Shown in pieces: positions 62,141 to 64,000 of a stretch of 64,000 bases of DNA. A program made the position numbers and the translations under genes. Positions within the stretch are counted from its first letter, which is position 1; every line of letters begins with the position of its first letter. Below the pieces are notes generated by a model. The model saw only the letters and a list, made by a program, of their open reading frames with translations. It was not told where the DNA came from and searched no databases. Source of the stretch: Mobula hypostoma (taxonomy: Eukaryota); assembly GCF_963921235.1 (NCBI RefSeq), contig NC_086097.1, positions 224,938,001 through 225,002,000 on the forward strand, written 5' to 3'.

Positions 62141-62894
62141 TGATCAAAGCTTTGGTCATCTGCCCTGGTACCTCTTTATGTAGGGTGGAATCGTTTGCTG
62201 TTTGTTAATGTTTCCATGTGTTGCTTGTAACTTTTTGGATGCTCAAAGTTCTATATAAATGAAAGTCCATGTCATTCTTCATGCAACAGCACCTTCTGAA
62301 TAGTCTTGTTTTATTCCCCATGAAAATTTCAGGCTTCTGCATGAATGCTCCAATGTTGGACACCCCATGGTGTCCAGTGACAGAGTGTGAAACCAGCTGC
62401 AGTTCCCCAGCATTTACACTGGGGAGCCTGCCAGTTGGAGCCGTGCCAGACTGAACCTGCCACAGGTTCATACATTTCAATGGAAAAGAGTAACTACAAA
62501 GTAGAAGAGCTTTTTAACTTTTTTTCTTGAAGTACACTTGCAAAAACATTTTTGCACATTTTATATTTCTGTTGTTTTTAAGCTTTTTAAGAGTTTGACT
62601 TTTGTCTTAATCTTAATGAGTTAAGATATTTATTCTTGCACTAGTTCTTTCACATTGCTTTGGATGTTATAGATTTTGAGGTATGTCTTCCCTGAAGAAG
62701 TTTAAATCACCTCTTTGATGGAAGTTCAGTGAGAACTTCTCTCACTGCTTCCCCTGTGTTCTGTGTGATTCTCTAAGTCTTCAATCATATGCTCAGTCAC
62801 TCATTCCTCACCTATCACCTGCAAGCTTTTGAATCCCAATGATATCTATTGTTTAGCTTAGCCAACTAGTAAAAGTATTCCCATGAATGAAAAT

Positions 62895-63330
62895 CAAAAA
62901 AAGAAAATCTGTAGAAGGAAGAAATCTAAAATGTCAAAAGAGAAATAGTCAATGTTTTGGATATGCAACCTTTTATCAGAACTGATAAAGAGAAAATCAC
63001 GAATTAACTTTCAGTAGAAAGAAGGTGAGGGGCAGGTGAATGGAGCAAAGGGAATGTCTGTGATAGGATGGGTAGAAATGACTTAATTAAAGCAGTTCCA
63101 GGCACTTTAAGTTTATGGTCTGCATAATGTGTTGTTAATGGTAAGGTTGCGAGACCTCCTCAGCTGGCCAGACTTCTACAAGTGGTAAGAAAGACTGAGG
63201 AAATGTGGTACTAAAACAGATAACTGAAAATGCTGGAAAAATTCAGCACGTCAGGCATATTCTATAGAAAAAGGTACAGTTAATGCTTCAAATGATGGAC
63301 CATTCATCAGGCTGGAGAAAGGGAAAAAGC
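62895..63330 (-). mobile_element. Degraded Penelope terminus-like fragments
   Basis: AAATCTGTAGA..GAAATCT and AAATGCTGGAAAAATTCAGCACGTCAGGCA resemble reversed pLTR ends. Confidence 0.45.
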
Positions 63331-64000
63331 AAGTTAGTCTTGGTTTCAGAGAATTGTGTGTGTGTTGGTGGGGGTGGTTAGTTGTGGTGTAACAAAGGGA
63401 ATATCTCTGATTGGACGATGGATCACATTAAGACGCTAGGCCTGCATAAGTTGTTGCTAATGTAGTTCTGGCTTCCTGGAGCATTTCCAGCTGTTCTGAG
63501 ATGGTGCTCAGTCTTGTGACAATATTGCTACTGGCTAAGTCCTTTCACTACACAGGGTCCTGCCACTTAGGATTGGAAAGGTATTGGCAGCAAATTCCAG
63601 TCCAGAATTTCTTAAAGTAAATAATTCTGCCATTCCAATAGCAACAGATCGATGATATGTGTTATTCTTGAACAAAGAAAATGTAGGTATAAATTTTAGG
63701 TTTAATCTTGTAGGGAGGAAGTGCAAATAAGCTAGTCATGCTGTTACATACTTGTGTGCCACAGGCTTCTAGTCACAAATGTAAATACATCCCAGCACGA
63801 GTTATGGAAACGAAAGTAAGTTGAAGAAAAATAAATGGAGCAGAAGCTGGTTCACCTTACTTAGGAAAGTTGTTAAGAATCAGAGTGCAGCAAGTTAACA
63901 TTAATACTCAGAGGAAAAAAATGAGATCTCACTGAGTGGGTTGACATTGCGACTGTGGAATAAGTACTTATAACTCATCCTCCTTCCTTAGGCTATGCCT

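Noticed and set aside
60719..64000. HNF4G exon 3 (second zinc finger)
   Set aside because: No sequence encoding a DKDKRNQCRYCR-like motif was seen before the window end.
1..64000. Prokaryotic systems (CRISPR, retron, DGR, operons) suggested by the many RT ORFs
   Set aside because: All RTs are eukaryotic CR1, Rex1 or Penelope types, there are no repeat-spacer arrays, and a spliced vertebrate gene is present.

Overview
This is vertebrate genomic DNA, most likely elasmobranch (shark or ray), judged from the HE1/V-SINE-type SINE and the CR1, Penelope and Rex1 repertoire; the species cannot be determined. The only host gene I can support is the 5' end of HNF4G on the + strand: coding exon 1 at 58898-59012 and zinc-finger exon 2 at 60547-60718, with the rest beyond the window. 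The 57 kb upstream is a dense, nested set of mostly decayed transposons. It holds many CR1 LINEs (one with a 744-aa ORF2), Penelope elements, Rex1 and Tx1 LINE fragments, two Tf1/sushi-type Gypsy elements plus a solo LTR, a deleted BEL/Pao element with an intact TSD, hAT DNA transposons, and two families of non-coding retroelements. Most ORFs in the supplied track are TE fragments or spurious. I found no wholly new gene system. The best leads are: a self-priming (tRNA-independent) signature in both Gypsy elements; YY1-headed, hairpin-tailed non-coding retroelements; hammerhead remnants and inverted termini in Penelope copies; an unexplained ~120-bp inverted repeat; and nuclear-receptor motifs plus an overlapping uORF at the HNF4G start. 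TE family names come from motif recognition by eye, not database searches, and boundaries of degraded copies are approximate.
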